DNA of 64,000 nucleotides from Eledone cirrhosa (GCA_964016885.1 OZ024752.1:1364001-1428000), one strand, 5' to 3'; shown: positions 45,544-60,005, counted from the first letter of the stretch. Translations and numbers: made by a program. The notes: generated by a model not told the origin, from the letters alone.

Positions 45544-45836
45544 GTAATCCTGGTGTGTTTATATGCATTTTTTCTTCTAACCTTAATTTTATACCTAATC
45601 GTGTATGGTTGACGATATATTTAATCAATTTCCATGTGCTATTGAAATGGTGGGTAAATATTCTATAGCTGTTGATCGCGAATAATTGGGTGTCGTTTAT
45701 TTATCTATTATTTCTTCATATGTACCTTTTAATCTTATAGCCTGGTTTAATTGTTTTTTTGTGAGGTTGATTATGCTAATTGGGAGAGGATATAGTGTAT
45801 ATATCTTATCAAATGATTCTATGGACATAATGTATA

Positions 45837-45880
<44 letters not shown>

Positions 45881-46963
45881 GTTATAGTTGTTTCCTACCA
45901 CTAGGTACGTGCTTATGTCTCCGTGTTCGTGTGTGGGCTTATGAGTGTGTATTTATACATCCATATATATCGATGTTCAATTTCTTCGCATACGGGTGTC
46001 CGAAAATCACAGTCATAGGTTAAACAGCATAGTTTTCTCAATGATGTTAATAAAACACGAACATATACTAGAAATGTGTTGTACACCATACAGTGTGCAG
46101 GAATGGGTCAATATATCGTAAATATTAATATTTACACTATATCTTCACATTATTCACTCCATGTGAGTGTTCAGAACAATTCAACAACGGGGTACAATAG
46201 CTAAAATGATTTAATGATTCCAAATGGGGATTACTACATGCTCCGTTGAATATTTGGTTCTATATTTGATTTTAAATGATTTTATGTGCCATACTAGGCA
46301 TATACAATTCTCTTTTGTATAGTTTCTTAAATATTTCCAATTTTGCTAAATAAATATTAATAGTATGCTGTTAGTGTTTATTGACTTAACATGTTTTTCT
46401 ATATTTTCATATATATATTTCGACTTGAAGATATATCCAGTGCTTTAATAGTAATTCTTTTTATTTAAATGTAAAAAAAAACAGTCTTTATATATGAGAA
46501 ATTACTTAGTACGTTATGCTTTCGCCGTTTCATTTTTGTACATTTTCAGAGGCTTTAACAAAACCCTGTAATATTTAGCTGGGGAGTTTACTGCATGAAT
46601 TTAGATAGTATGAAGGCCTATTTGCCTCGTATCGATTCTGCATCGGGATGCCAAAATACCAATATTGAAATCAATATAATCAATATCAAAACTCTTCCAA
46701 ACATAAACATTGTTCCTCCGATAGAATCGACACAATATCCACCTTTTGTTTTGCCGAAACATGTTGATCCTTTCTTCGTTCTTTTGATAATGAATATTGG
46801 TTTCTACACTAGGCACACAATACTACAAAACTAATCCAATGTCTGAAAATGGTTGCTTAATGTAAAATTTGTAGAGGACTGGGTCATTTGAATATATATG
46901 CATACATGTAAACATACAGATATACATAATCACACAGGCACGCTCACATATACCTATATCTAT

Positions 46964-47013
<50 letters not shown>

Positions 47014-47153
47014 TCGTACATACATAGATACATACATACATATACATACATACATATATATATTTCTTCGTCCTGTGTCTTCCCACGATGCGATCTGTTC
47101 ACCTGCTTGTTTCTCCTTTTTTTCCATTTTCTCTTTCTTCCTCGCTCCTCACC

Positions 47154-47498
<345 letters not shown>

Positions 47499-47774
47499 GA
47501 CTTAATAACAAAACCGACTAGAGTCACAAAATGAAAACAAATAGACATAACTCAATACTGTTTATTTATGCAAAAAACACATATGCAAGATTATTAGGTC
47601 CGATGCGGACGAAAAACACATTCCATTCAATTGTAATACATGGCAATAAAGTAATCATTATGTAGGCAATGTATTCATCATCGGAACCCACTAGCGTCTC
47701 AAGTAGGAAAAATCAACAATTATAAAAATGCATAAATACTTATATAAGAATTTTAATGATATATCAATTACATA

Positions 47775-47880
47775 TAATTGTTTCTACTTTAGGCACAAGA
47801 CCAGCAATAACCCAGTGCATTACTGGTACTTTATTTTATCGACCCCGAAAGGATGAAAGGCAAAGTCAACCTCGGCGGGA
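47775..47880 (-). mobile_element. SINE (truncated)
   Basis: Core and tail of the main family. Confidence 0.87.
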
Positions 47881-48058
47881 TAATGCAAATCAAATAGCAA
47901 TGGATATGGTGTTGAAACATTATTAGTTGTAGTTAATATTTATATTTTATAGAGGACCAAACTGCTGTTACTCATAATTAAGATTTGAACATATTGGAGA
48001 CGCGATACCTATTAAGGCCCGCACACTGGTTAATATGGTGAGTTCTTTTAGATCTGTA

Positions 48059-48359
48059 TCATCTTGAAATCACTATAGAGTCTAAACGTTGGCAAGGAAA
48101 ACAACAATCATAATATTTCCGGCGATACGATTCTTGTTGCCATTTTTCGCAACTTGTCTTCGGAGTCCGCTGCTCGGTTTCTTTATTACTGAAATATCCC
48201 ATGCTGCTGGAATACTCTCTGTTCAACATGAAATCTTTATTGATGGAATATTGCTTGGTCATGGGAAAATATTTATCTTTTTTTATTTAAGGGAAATTCT
48301 ATACACAGGGAACATTCTTTATTAATAGGACATTCTGTACAGAGGGAAGGTTCTTTATC
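48059..48359 (-). pseudogene. Frameshifted continuation of the repeat protein
   Basis: After the stop, a second frame reads DKEPSLCTECPINKECSLCIEFPLNKK and a third frame reads MTKQYSINKDFMLNREYSS...CCFPCQRLDSIVISR*. Confidence 0.65.
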
Positions 48360-48840
48360 CACAACAATATTTATTCATAAGAAACCCTTTATTTAAGGGA
48401 CTCTTTCTATTTATGGGACATTCTTTACACAGGTAGCCTTCTTTATTTATAGGAGATTCAGTGCACAGGGAGCATTCTTTATTTATAGGACATTCTTTAC
48501 AGAGGGAGTATTCTTTATTTATCGGAAATTCTGTACACAGGGAGCATTTTTTATTTATAGGACATTCTTTACACAGAGAGTATTCTATATTCATAGGACA
48601 TTCTGTACACAGGGAGGATTCTTTATTCATAGGACATTCTGTACACAGGGAGGATTCTTTATTCATAGGACATTCTGTACACAGGGAGGATTCTTTATTC
48701 ATAGGACATTCTGTACACAGGGAGTATTCTTTATTCATAGGACATTCTGAACACAGGGAGTATTCTTTATTTGTAGGAGATTCATTACGCAGGGAGTATT
48801 CTTTATTCATAGGACATGTTTTATGCATGGGACATTCTTC
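48290..48840 (-). repeat. 36-bp coding minisatellite (NKE[YS]SLCTECP[MI])
   Basis: Unit aataaagaatcctccctgtgtacagaatgtcctatg, at least 12 copies, most homogeneous at 48590-48750. Confidence 0.93.
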
Positions 48841-50670
48841 ATACGTGGAGTATTGATTATCCATGGAGTATTGCTTCCTGATAAAGGCATCTTTATTGAT
48901 GGAATATTCTTTATTGGCAGTGGTTTCTTTATTGGTTGGACACTCTTTATCTAGTGATACATTGTTGTTGGTGGGGTATCCGTCAGTGAAAGAAACAAAT
49001 TTGTTAATGGAATTTACTTTATCGCTCTTCGTGGGATATCCTGTCCTACTAGATGCGACTTTACCGATAGTGTGTTCGTTATTGATTGATAAATTACTAT
49101 TGATGGAGGTTTCCCTATTGATAGGGGGGTAGATAGTGATGATATATTCATCTTGTTGCATTTTCGGTCGTATTGGCTGAACTTTAGCGGTGGTCGTCGG
49201 TGGCTCCTTTGTTTCAAAGATGGACATCTTTTCATATTTCCTTTGTTTTTTTACCTTTCTTTTGGTTGGTTTGACAGGCAATTTTTTCATTGGAGGTTCT
49301 TGTGCATGTTTTGTCAAATAATGTTCCAGCTTTCTTACTTTACCAGCCGGCCTCTTTTTTTTGTCTTGATTCTGATTTTTATTGCCAGCTATGGATATTT
49401 GTTTCTTCTGTTTCTTTAGTTGATAACGTCCTTTTATTTTTGTTTGTTTTCGACTGAAGCCGTCTGATCCTTCTAGTTGGTTTTGTTTCTCGGGCGTTTG
49501 ATAAAAGTGTTGCAGGTTTTCACTTTCTGTCCTCCGATTAATTTGTTGAAGTTGCTCATTTTCTCTCCTCTTTTGCTGCAGCTTTTCATACTCTCTCCTC
49601 ATATTGTTGTATTCTGATTGCACTTGATCTGCCTTATGTATCTGATGATTGTGGCTATATAGGTAATGATTCCCTTCTTTTATGCAACAATCTGACTGCT
49701 GTTGCGATTGAGGATACGATTTGGGATACTCTTGAACAGGCCATTTCTGCTCATAAGCTTCTATATGCGCATTATACGTTTTATCATTATTACAGAAGTG
49801 ATTTTCCTGGATTGTATGTTGAATTCCTTCTCGATTAGGATTTATATTTATATTTTCACTACAAATGTTATTGCCCATGGTAGACTGCTCACAAGGTTGC
49901 TGTTTATATGCTGTGTTTCCGGGATGATTCACTTCCTGACAAATATGATGGCAACTTTGATGCGGTATATGATGATGCACATAATTGTAATGGTGATTAT
50001 AATGACAATGGTTATGATAACAGTTATGGTAATTTTGAAATGGACACTGTGAATAGCATAGATGGTGATAACTTGCCTGCGATAGTGATTCTGAATCTGT
50101 GAATGTGTCTATAACATGTGTATTGTGTTCGCAAGGGCAACAATTCAGATCGTGTTGATGATTGCAAATATTGTTGCCTCCGTGACAACAAGGGGTTTCG
50201 TGAAAATCTTGTGTCTGTATTTTAGAGTTCTGGCATTCGTTTTCTTGATTGTCTCCCATGTGCTGACAGCAACTTTCAAGGCTGCATTTATCGTCCGGTA
50301 ATTCATCAGTGTCATATCCAAACGTGGTGCTAATACTATTGGGAATGGGACATTGCTTTCCATACTGGCAGTATCCATTTATATTTTGAGACAACTTAGA
50401 AAAATGTCTGTGCTCTTGTTGATGGGGTTGAGTTCCCTTTGAGCCGTGGCATTTACGATTATATCCCTCTTGGAAATACAAACGAAGTAGATATTCTTTA
50501 TCATCGTAAACACATCCTGGTATGCAATCATCTGAATAGGAATTATTACTACATAATTTTGTATAGGTGTCGTGATGGCAAAAGTTGCAGCAGTCATTGT
50601 TTTGTAATTGTACACGTTCTGGTTTCTCACTTTTTCGGAGATAATAGTCATTTTCTGTGGATGTATCTTT
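48355..50670 (-). CDS. Large coding exon (about 770 codons) of an uncharacterised His/Cys-rich, Lys/Gln-rich protein with a C-terminal 12-aa tandem repeat
   Basis: A 708-codon ORF in very AT-rich DNA. The listed start is TTG; the frame stays open upstream to a plausible acceptor (cttattttaaacAG, 50671), adding KDTSTENDYYLRKSEK... No known domain recognised. Confidence 0.72.
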   Translation of the reverse strand, partial: KDTSTENDYYLRKSEKPERVQLQNNDCCNFCHHDTYTKLCSNNSYSDDCIPGCVYDDKEYLLRLYFQEGYNRKCHGSKGTQPHQQEHRHFSKLSQNINGYCQYGKQCPIPNSISTTFGYDTDELPDDKCSLESCCQHMGDNQENECQNSKIQTQDFHETPCCHGGNNICNHQHDLNCCPCEHNTHVIDTFTDSESLSQASYHHLCYSQCPFQNYHNCYHNHCHYNHHYNYVHHHIPHQSCHHICQEVNHPGNTAYKQQPCEQSTMGNNICSENININPNREGIQHTIQENHFCNNDKTYNAHIEAYEQKWPVQEYPKSYPQSQQQSDCCIKEGNHYLYSHNHQIHKADQVQSEYNNMRREYEKLQQKRRENEQLQQINRRTESENLQHFYQTPEKQNQLEGSDGFSRKQTKIKGRYQLKKQKKQISIAGNKNQNQDKKKRPAGKVRKLEHYLTKHAQEPPMKKLPVKPTKRKVKKQRKYEKMSIFETKEPPTTTAKVQPIRPKMQQDEYIITIYPPINRETSINSNLSINNEHTIGKVASSRTGYPTKSDKVNSINKFVSFTDGYPTNNNVSLDKECPTNKETTANKEYSINKDAFIRKQYSMDNQYSTYEECPMHKTCPMNKEYSLRNESPTNKEYSLCSECPMNKEYSLCTECPMNKESSLCTECPMNKESSLCTECPMNKESSLCTECPMNIEYSLCKECPINKKCSLCTEFPINKEYSLCKECPINKECSLCTESPINKEGYLCKECPINRKSPLNKGFLMNKYCCG

Positions 50671-51381
50671 CTGTTTAAAATAAGAGATTTCAGAATATTT
50701 ATGACATTTTTAAATTTAAATTCTGACCGCAGCTTCAACACCGAGAAGCAAATTACAGAAAAGTGATATACAGATAAGTGATTGGCTGTGTAGAGGGAGG
50801 TAACTCTACAAAGGAGGAGACAACTTTATGATAGATGATAGGTAAAAAAATAATTTTAAAATGTATGAGTTCAAGTGGGTCATCTCTTCGAAAGTTACTT
50901 GAGGCTTCTAAATGAGGTTTGAACGCTTATATTTTTAGTGAGTGTCACTGATCAACACGAAAGAACTTTGAAACAACGCTCTCCCATATTTTCTAAGCTT
51001 ACTGGGAAAATATATAATTTCCCAGATCTGCTTTGTTTCAAAGATTATAACAATGAAATATTCGGATGATGAAACATGAAAAATAATCGATGGATTGCTT
51101 CAACTCACCACGTTATCGAAACATAGCTTTGAATCAAAATCTCTGTACGTATACGTGTACGCGGGTTCCTTTGTACAAGGCATCTAAAAAGAATAAAAAT
51201 AGTTTGACAAATCGTTTAGCACGTGGTAAAATTATCTATAGACTGTATTTAAGTAAATACAATAACAATGGTCTAAAAGATTAAAGAAACGTTTAGAGTG
51301 ATGCACCACAACACAATTATGATAATTATCCTAACATCCTTACATTTCAATAGTATTGTATAATTGTTACAATTTTGTTTA

Positions 51382-51765
51382 ATAATTGTGTCTACTTTTG
51401 GCACAAGGCCAGCAATTATCCCAGTGTATTACTAGTACTTTATTTTATCGACCCCGTAAGGATGAAAAGCAAAGTTAACCTGGGCAGGATTTGAACTCAG
51501 ACCGTAAAGGACCATAATTCTATGCTGCAAAGCATGGTGTCTGACGCTCTACCGATACTGCCAAACCACCACATTTTTGTTTAATAATTGTTTCCACTTT
51601 CGGCACAAAACCATCAATTACCCAGTACATTACTGGTACTTTATTTTATCGACCCCCGTAAGGATGAAAGGCAAAGTTAACCTCGGCGAGTTTGAACTCA
51701 GACCGTGATAACTATGTTGGAAAGCATTGCGTCCGACCCTCTACCGATACTGCCAATCCACCGCC
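51382..51765 (-). mobile_element. Two tandem near-full-length SINE copies
   Basis: Units 51382-51572 and 51582-51765, delimited by three copies of tttgtttaataat. Confidence 0.9.
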
Positions 51766-54700
51766 ATCTTTGTTTAATAATGATACTGCAATGGTAGGTT
51801 GTGATTATTTTGACGTTTTCAACGTAAAGTGTGTAAAACAATTTCTAGTATTGCAGCAATACAAAGCAATCGGGATTTTATTAAGATAACATAATAAACT
51901 CCTAAAGATAAAGTTTTAATAAAATATTAATATTAATGGTTATGTGAGATTTGTCATGGATGATATTTTCAAATAGAGAGATTAGGAAATATTCAGTGTT
52001 TTATTGTTTTACGTAAATGAAAATTCATTTTGTATTCAAGTAACAAATCGTTGCTCTGTTTAGCAGTTCTATGAATTTCTTTCTAGTTAACGAAATGGTT
52101 GTAAAATTATTGATTTCTTCTATTTATTATACCGAATATTGCGATGTTTATAGCGCGGAATAGAAAATTGTGTAAACATCTCATTCGATAAAAAACAAAA
52201 AAAAAAAACATTAAATCTATTTAAATGACAAGAAAGAAAATAACACATGAAGCACAATAGAAAAAGAAAGATATAGAATTATTTAACTGATTTCTAAATA
52301 TTGCTTTAATTTCTATTAAATCTGGAATTAAATAAAATGTCATTTTTATTAACAATCACATGATAATAGGTGATGTTGAATGCATTGGCGAAAGGTGAAA
52401 AAGCATAGTGGATAGGAAAGTTGAGCATGAGATAAGCAATATACAATTTATAAACTTATTAGTATAGTGTATTAGTATATTACTTGATGACATACGTCTT
52501 ACAGACATTAATAAAACTTACATGGAACCAATTCTACCTGAAGGTTTATGGATGCATCATGTAAATGGTTTAGAAATACCATCTTTTGATAATAATATAT
52601 TTACAGTTGCAATCCCCCGTTGAGGCTATCGGTACGAGTGATCTTCGTATTTCTGAACAATCTTTTCTTTCTTTTCGACAACACCTCATCTCATATCCCA
52701 TCATTTTATTGATTTGGTATATATTTTTGCAGTGATCTTTGAATGGCTTCCGTGTAAGTGACATATATAAAATCCTCACATTCGGTAGACTTTGCAGATG
52801 CCAATAATACAAATACATGTGAATCTCAGTAAACGTTCCTTCTATTGACAACGAAGGATCATTCTTTATTTTTTTCTGCTGAGGATTAAGCTACATTAAA
52901 CATATGTTACAATATTGATATTGCAAAGATATGATTCAATGTATAATCATGTGCGCCCATATATGATATTTTCTAAACCTGATATACGAAAATTATTTTA
53001 TTGAAATACATATGCTTTAATATATAAAAATAAGAATTGAATTTCGGAGGATAAAGAGTTAAAAGGAAGAATTAGTAAAGAAATGTTTAGACAGTCTATT
53101 ATTTAAAAAAATAAAATTTAAATAACCGTTGATATCACGAGCTGTCAAATCGGATAAGAAGATGCATGTTATATATGTAATATTTAGGCAGGCTGTGTTC
53201 GTTTGGTACACCGGCAGGTCCAATCATATTGTGAAATGGATGCAGTTGATCTTCAAATATAACATATGCTAGTCGCTTCAAGGTTACAGGCGTGTTCTCA
53301 ACGAGTTGTATTTTTGGAAAGGTAAGATTTCTGAAGGATGGCACACTTTGAAAAAGTGATGACAAATAACGAAGCATATGGAAGGAATATGTTTGAGATG
53401 AAGGGGAATATAGGTGTTACTAATAGCAATGATTTTAGTTTGAGTGAAATTTGTTGCTTCGGTTTGGTCCTTAAATTTCAAGTTAAATCCTCGGGGATTA
53501 AGGGTTAATCCCTCAAATAGTCCTAGATAACTAAATGCAGAAGATAGTGCCCGGAAGGATAAATAGGGAAATACTCTGGAACAGACACTTAAAATCGTGG
53601 TTTCGCCCTTGCGGTTATCCAACTCCACTACGTAATTAGTAAGTAGTGGTGTGTGACAGAGGCCGAGAACGCCGAAATAAAACGTGGTCACAGGTTCAAT
53701 TTGAAACCTATCAGAGATCAGCTGATACTTCGACAGATTACAGTCTTCGGCCTGACATGCAGCGTAGCCTGGTCTAATAGAAATGCACAATTTTGTCGCA
53801 AGAGAAGCATCACAGGTGAGGAGCATACCGACAGGGAACATGAGTGACATGCAGACAGGCCTATTAGTGAGACCTCGATCTAGCCTCGCCTGCTCAAGCT
53901 GGAAAGGGAAGCTATTTAAATGTTGTGCTCACACTACCAAGGGGAATTGTCAACCTAATTAAAAAATGCCCTGATGTAATCATACATGAACTTCCAGCTG
54001 TTGTTTGGACTTGAAGATATCAGCAATATTCCCGACTGATTCTGCTTTTAGAGGTGTGAATAAATGAGGACGGTGATTTAATTAAGCTGCAATTCAGCTG
54101 CAATTAAGGGTAACTGATTACCCTCATGAATTTTACTCTAGGAAACATAACAGTGTTTGTGGGCAACGTATCTACTGCCATAGTCACATTAACCTTCACA
54201 GCAGTAAGAAAACTATGAACAGCAATGGCCTTGTGTATTAGCTGTATGTAGACGACAACAATATTGCAATCTGGCTATATCCCAAGTTGACTAAATGTCC
54301 ACGTTTGTGTCTAAACAACATAACTCATCAACAACAACAGCATCAACAACAAAACCAGTAAGGTTATATAATGTAATATATATAATATAAGATGTCACCA
54401 AAAAGAAAATAATATATTAAATAAAATGTGAGAAATATACTCAACTGGAACATTGTATTCGACCATATATTTTTTGGATATACGAAAACTTATGTGTCGA
54501 AATGTGTAATAAAATTACGTGATGATTCTACTCCTATGTGTGTAAAAAACTGATAAGAACAATATTTACAACTTAATTATGACGTCATGTGGTGTCACGT
54601 TGATGCGACATTTCTATTTTCTTAGAAATGTAATGTAATGTGCTATAACATGAAAAGATAACCTGTTGATTTTTACTATACGAATATTATATACATTACT

Positions 54701-54819
54701 GAGCAGTATTTAAGAAATTAACCATATATAGTGGCATATATTGTGGTTTGCTGTTGTTTAGTTCTAACCAACAACACCAATATAGATTCGTGTGCCTCAC
54801 ATATATTTTGTTGGGCGGC

Positions 54820-55650
54820 ATCATCATCATCATCATCATCATCATCATTTTACGTCCGCTTTTCCCTGCTTGCAAGGGTTGGACTGGTCCTATTCAGCAC
54901 ATCATCTCTTCACCCGTCACGGTCCTTCGTCATCTCCTCGGTGAGTTTCAACGATCTGAGGTCTGCTCTCACCTGTCCGCCCATGTTTTTCGTGGTCTAC
55001 CTCTACTGCGTCTTCCCTCCACTGGGACTTCCTGGCATTTCTTCACCCATCGGTCATCCACCATGCGCATCACATGTCCATACCATCTCAGCCTTCTCTC
55101 CTGCATACCACAACTTATCCCTCTTATACCAGCTTCTTTCTCAACTCGTCTATGCTCGGTCGTTCACGCACGTTTGACATTGCACATTCAACGGAACATA
55201 CTTGCTTACATTTCTCTCAGCCGTCGCATATCTTCTGCAGTTGCTCCCCATGTCTCACTACATGCAGCATCGCGCATCTGACACAGGCATCATCTAACCG
55301 TTTTTTCGTACGCAGGGAGAAACCCTTCTTTGTTAACAGAGGGAGCAGCTCACTAAACCCGCCAACTCATCCTTATTCTAGATGCTATGGCCTCAGAAAA
55401 CCTCCCTCACATGCTAATCTGATCACCTAGGTACCGGAAGCTATCAACCACTTCTATAGAACCCACCTGCATTGGAAAAATGAGTCTATCACATCGATTA
55501 CTACTGCCAACTTTACCTGTACATCTACTGCATACGTAGTTTTCCTTACCTGTTAGTTTGCCTGCTATGACACTATATCTCTTGTGTACGCAAGATCTGC
55601 ATTGCGTACATTTTATGGAATTTATGCCAGTTCCTTTCCTACATATTGTT
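54820..55650 (-). mobile_element. RTE-clade LINE 3' fragment with (ATG)n tail
   Basis: CRKG.GINSIKCTQC..VHKR...CSRC...IEVVDSFRYLGD, RT C-terminal GRPRKTW, and 3' end gtccaaccct.gcaagcagggaaaagcggacgtaaaatgatgatg. Confidence 0.88.
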
Positions 55651-55821
55651 GTAAAAGTTATGAATGTAGTTATGAACATTCTAGAATACTTATAGTATGA
55701 TCCGCATGGATATATAGGTCTTTTTTTAAATATAATGTTCTGTACTTTAAAATTATTTCATTATGATTTCTATTTCTTAACGAATAGATATGTCAAGCTA
55801 CCAAATGAAAAGGTATATATC

Positions 55822-55882
<61 letters not shown>

Positions 55883-55887
<5 letters not shown>

Positions 55888-56087
55888 GTAGTTCTACAAC
55901 AATTATTTCACCATTACTGACAAAAATTGTTTCACCTTATTCGGATCATCAGATAATCCGAATAAGGTGAAACAATTGTTCTCGGTAATAGTAAACAAAC
56001 TGTTGTCAAACTACTTCTACCATTCTACCAAACTCGTCCCATGAACCGAGTGTTCTACTTCTACGTATATAACCCACCACTATTCTG

Positions 56088-56088
<1 letters not shown>
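55883..56088 (+). mobile_element. Fold-back PLE-like mini-insert, apex at the HHR core
   Basis: ttgtttcaccttattcggat / atccgaataaggtgaaacaa; the - arm begins CTGATGA (55952-55946); tail ACTCG..CGAGTGTT. Confidence 0.8.
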
Positions 56089-56183
<95 letters not shown>

Positions 56184-56279
56184 GGAGAGAAATAATAATA
56201 AATTTGAAGACTAAAATCCAAAGAGGGCTCGATAAGGATAAATATATATGAAATATATAAGAACCGTATATATATATAT

Positions 56280-56688
56280 GCAGAAGTTATATTTAATTTG
56301 TTGGGATTCCAACAAACTTAAGAGTTTATAACTGATATAGAGCACTCAACAATTTACTGGGGTAAATATTCTATATATTAATAAATGGAAACTATATTTA
56401 TAAACCATAATTATTTTATTATATTTATTTCAAGGGAAACCAAGGCAGTCTTGGTGCGCTTTCATCAGATAAAATACAAAATTTGTTTCATAAATAGTGA
56501 CATAACCGTGGAAAACAACCTTGACGGTTGAAAATTCGCCAATGTTGTTTTCCACGGTTATGTCACTATTTATAAAACACATTTTGTATTTTATATGATG
56601 AAAGCGCACCAAGACTGCCTTGGTTGCCCTTGAAATAAATATAATAAAATAATTATGGTTTATAAATATAGTTTCCATTTATAAATAT

Positions 56689-56692
<4 letters not shown>
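56280..56692 (-). mobile_element. Fold-back PLE-like mini-insert with HHR (56413-56475)
   Basis: About 140-bp arms, apex about 56530; the - arm reads attttat-CTGATGA..GAAA..TA-ataaaat, while the + arm core is mutated to ATGATGA. Confidence 0.85.
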
Positions 56693-56719
<27 letters not shown>

Positions 56720-57390
56720 TGCCCGTATTTGCTGTAGGTTATGAGGTGTGTATGTTAAGATGTGAATGCCTATGCAGTCGAATGCGTGTATGAGTTTTTG
56801 TTAATTCGTTCTTGTGCCAGTTTAAGTTTGTGTGCACGAGCATATGTTGGATGTTGGGTTTCGAAGTATGAAATCGTAATCAAAGTGAACCAGTGGTCAA
56901 ATTACCGAAGTGACTTATTGAAGATGTCTATAGTATAATATAAATCAACTGAAATTAATTTGTATTAATATTCATGAGATATTTTTTTCGAACGTTGAGT
57001 ACAATAAACAACTAGGAACTATGAAAGGCGTAGATACATTTCATGAACAGTTTAATTGATTCTATTTTGAATTAGAAGGAAAATATATAACTGAAATATA
57101 AAATGATTTTCAGTTTATGTATTAATGATCAAAGTTTACCGATTCTGTTGTCTTAAAGTTAAAGATAATGGTATAATTATAAAAATATTTTAATAACTTG
57201 GAAAACAATGGATTAAACAATCAAATACTTATTTCTATTTGAAGAAACACAATTGGGAAATATTCTTGCTTTCTCCAACTCTTTTGTGTTTCCTTGAATA
57301 TATGCATATGAATATAAATTTGCATACGGCTGGGTTTGTTTGTTTGACGGTGTGTGGACAGATTGTTTCAATTTTCTCCCCTTTCTTCCT

Positions 57391-57466
<76 letters not shown>

Positions 57467-57493
57467 ATTTCAAAGGTAAACAGAAATAACAAT

Positions 57494-58111
<618 letters not shown>

Positions 58112-58356
58112 GAGAAGTGAGACACAAGTTGATATCTTCATGCTACAGGAAATATGATTAAAAATGTATATATATATGTATATATATATATAAAGTGTAT
58201 ATTAATAAGAAGAGGATATTAGAGGGCATAATTTACATATAAACAACTATTGGTTTGAAACCGGTTCGATGATTGTTTTTTTTTTAATAAATCTCTTGCT
58301 GTTATTTTATGAGAAAATCCCATTAACATTATCCACTGTTTTTCATTTTTTCCTAA

Positions 58357-58525
<169 letters not shown>

Positions 58526-59675
58526 GTCGAAACAGATTGAGCTTTATTCCATTTCATTTCACATGTGTAGACCTTGCAGGTTTTTTTATATGAAATTTCG
58601 TTCATGGCAGTTACTTCTGCTCTTGCAGATACGTCCTTTTCAAAGAGTATTGCTCTAATTGATTCAATCAATATAACTAAAAACTCTGAAAATCAATGCA
58701 TAAGTGGGTGATCATTCTACAGACACGTGCAACCCTATTGCAGTTCTCATGAGATTAAAAGAGAAACAATGTGCAACAATGCAGGCCATTTGAATTAAAA
58801 TTACAACTCATTTGTGCTAGCTGAATTGACTTGGGCAAGATGAAATAAAGTTGCATGCGCTTGGACACAACGCACAGTCGAGTCCGGAATTCACACTCTT
58901 GGCTTCATGATCGGAAAACGAACGATGTAAACAATGCTTCTCATTCTGTTACAAGACATTTATGAAATAATATATTATTTAAATTCATTTAATTCTTTAT
59001 AAAAGTTACATGAAGTTTTCTTTTTATAATTACAAGGACACACATATACAAACAACCTTGGACATTTGTGTTTAGAGAGAGAGATGGGGGGACAGAGATG
59101 TACCGGGAGAGTGACTGACATAAATAGATAGTGTGACAGAGCGATAGATAGTTGAAAAATCAAAGAAAAACATCGAAAAATGATAAGTCATGTGAAAGTT
59201 GGTGAAAGAAATAGAAAAAAATACAAGGCAAAGTTTAATTGCAAAACCAGATGAACAAATATTTCTTTATAAGGGTTAGAAGTGACATGATTTCTACTTT
59301 CCCTCCGTGAATTGGTTCCGTGTCAGAATATCTGTTTATTTACATGACTATAGATAAACGTACTCAAACATAGACGCACACACTCACACACAGAGTTACA
59401 GAGAGAGAGAGAGAGATAGAGAGATAAAGAGAGAGAGAGAGAGAGAGAGAAGGGGGCGGGGAGAGAGAAAAGGAAACATAATACACATCTATATATGAAT
59501 ACATATATATATATATATATACATGTATATGTATGCATATATATATATATAAGTGTATATATATAAGTGGAAGATTAGTAAAATCAACATATATATTTAT
59601 TTGTATGCGTATATATATATATATGTGTGAGTGTGTGTGCATATATATATGTATATTTATATATATATATACACC

Positions 59676-59755
<80 letters not shown>

Positions 59756-59891
59756 TAAACATTGACTCTGTATACAGTTTATCTTTCACCGAAAGTGATT
59801 TTTCATTACATCTCTTCTTTCCATGATATCCGGAATACATTGAGTTCTTCATACGGATTGGACACTACCGTAAACTCTTGGTAGATTTATC

Positions 59892-59933
<42 letters not shown>

Positions 59934-59962
59934 TATATATGTACATAGGTAGATAGATAATA

Positions 59963-60005
<43 letters not shown>

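Noticed and set aside
46560-46850. Short ORFs on both strands, one with a hydrophobic stretch
   Set aside because: No motif or clear gene structure.
48290-48840. 36-bp repeats as a CRISPR array
   Set aside because: The units are contiguous with no unique spacers, lie in frame in a CDS, and the context is eukaryotic with no cas genes.
48461-50301. Plus-strand ORFs including the HREDSLFIGHSV repeat
   Set aside because: Antisense shadows of the long minus-strand exon and its minisatellite.
52522-52880. Candidate upstream exon of the large minus-strand gene (93-aa Cys-containing ORF, GTAAGT donor at 52521)
   Set aside because: An in-frame stop precedes the donor; it cannot be joined without transcript data.
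53440-54250. GC-richer block with a 188-aa ORF
   Set aside because: Probably a decayed repeat; no diagnostic motif recognised.
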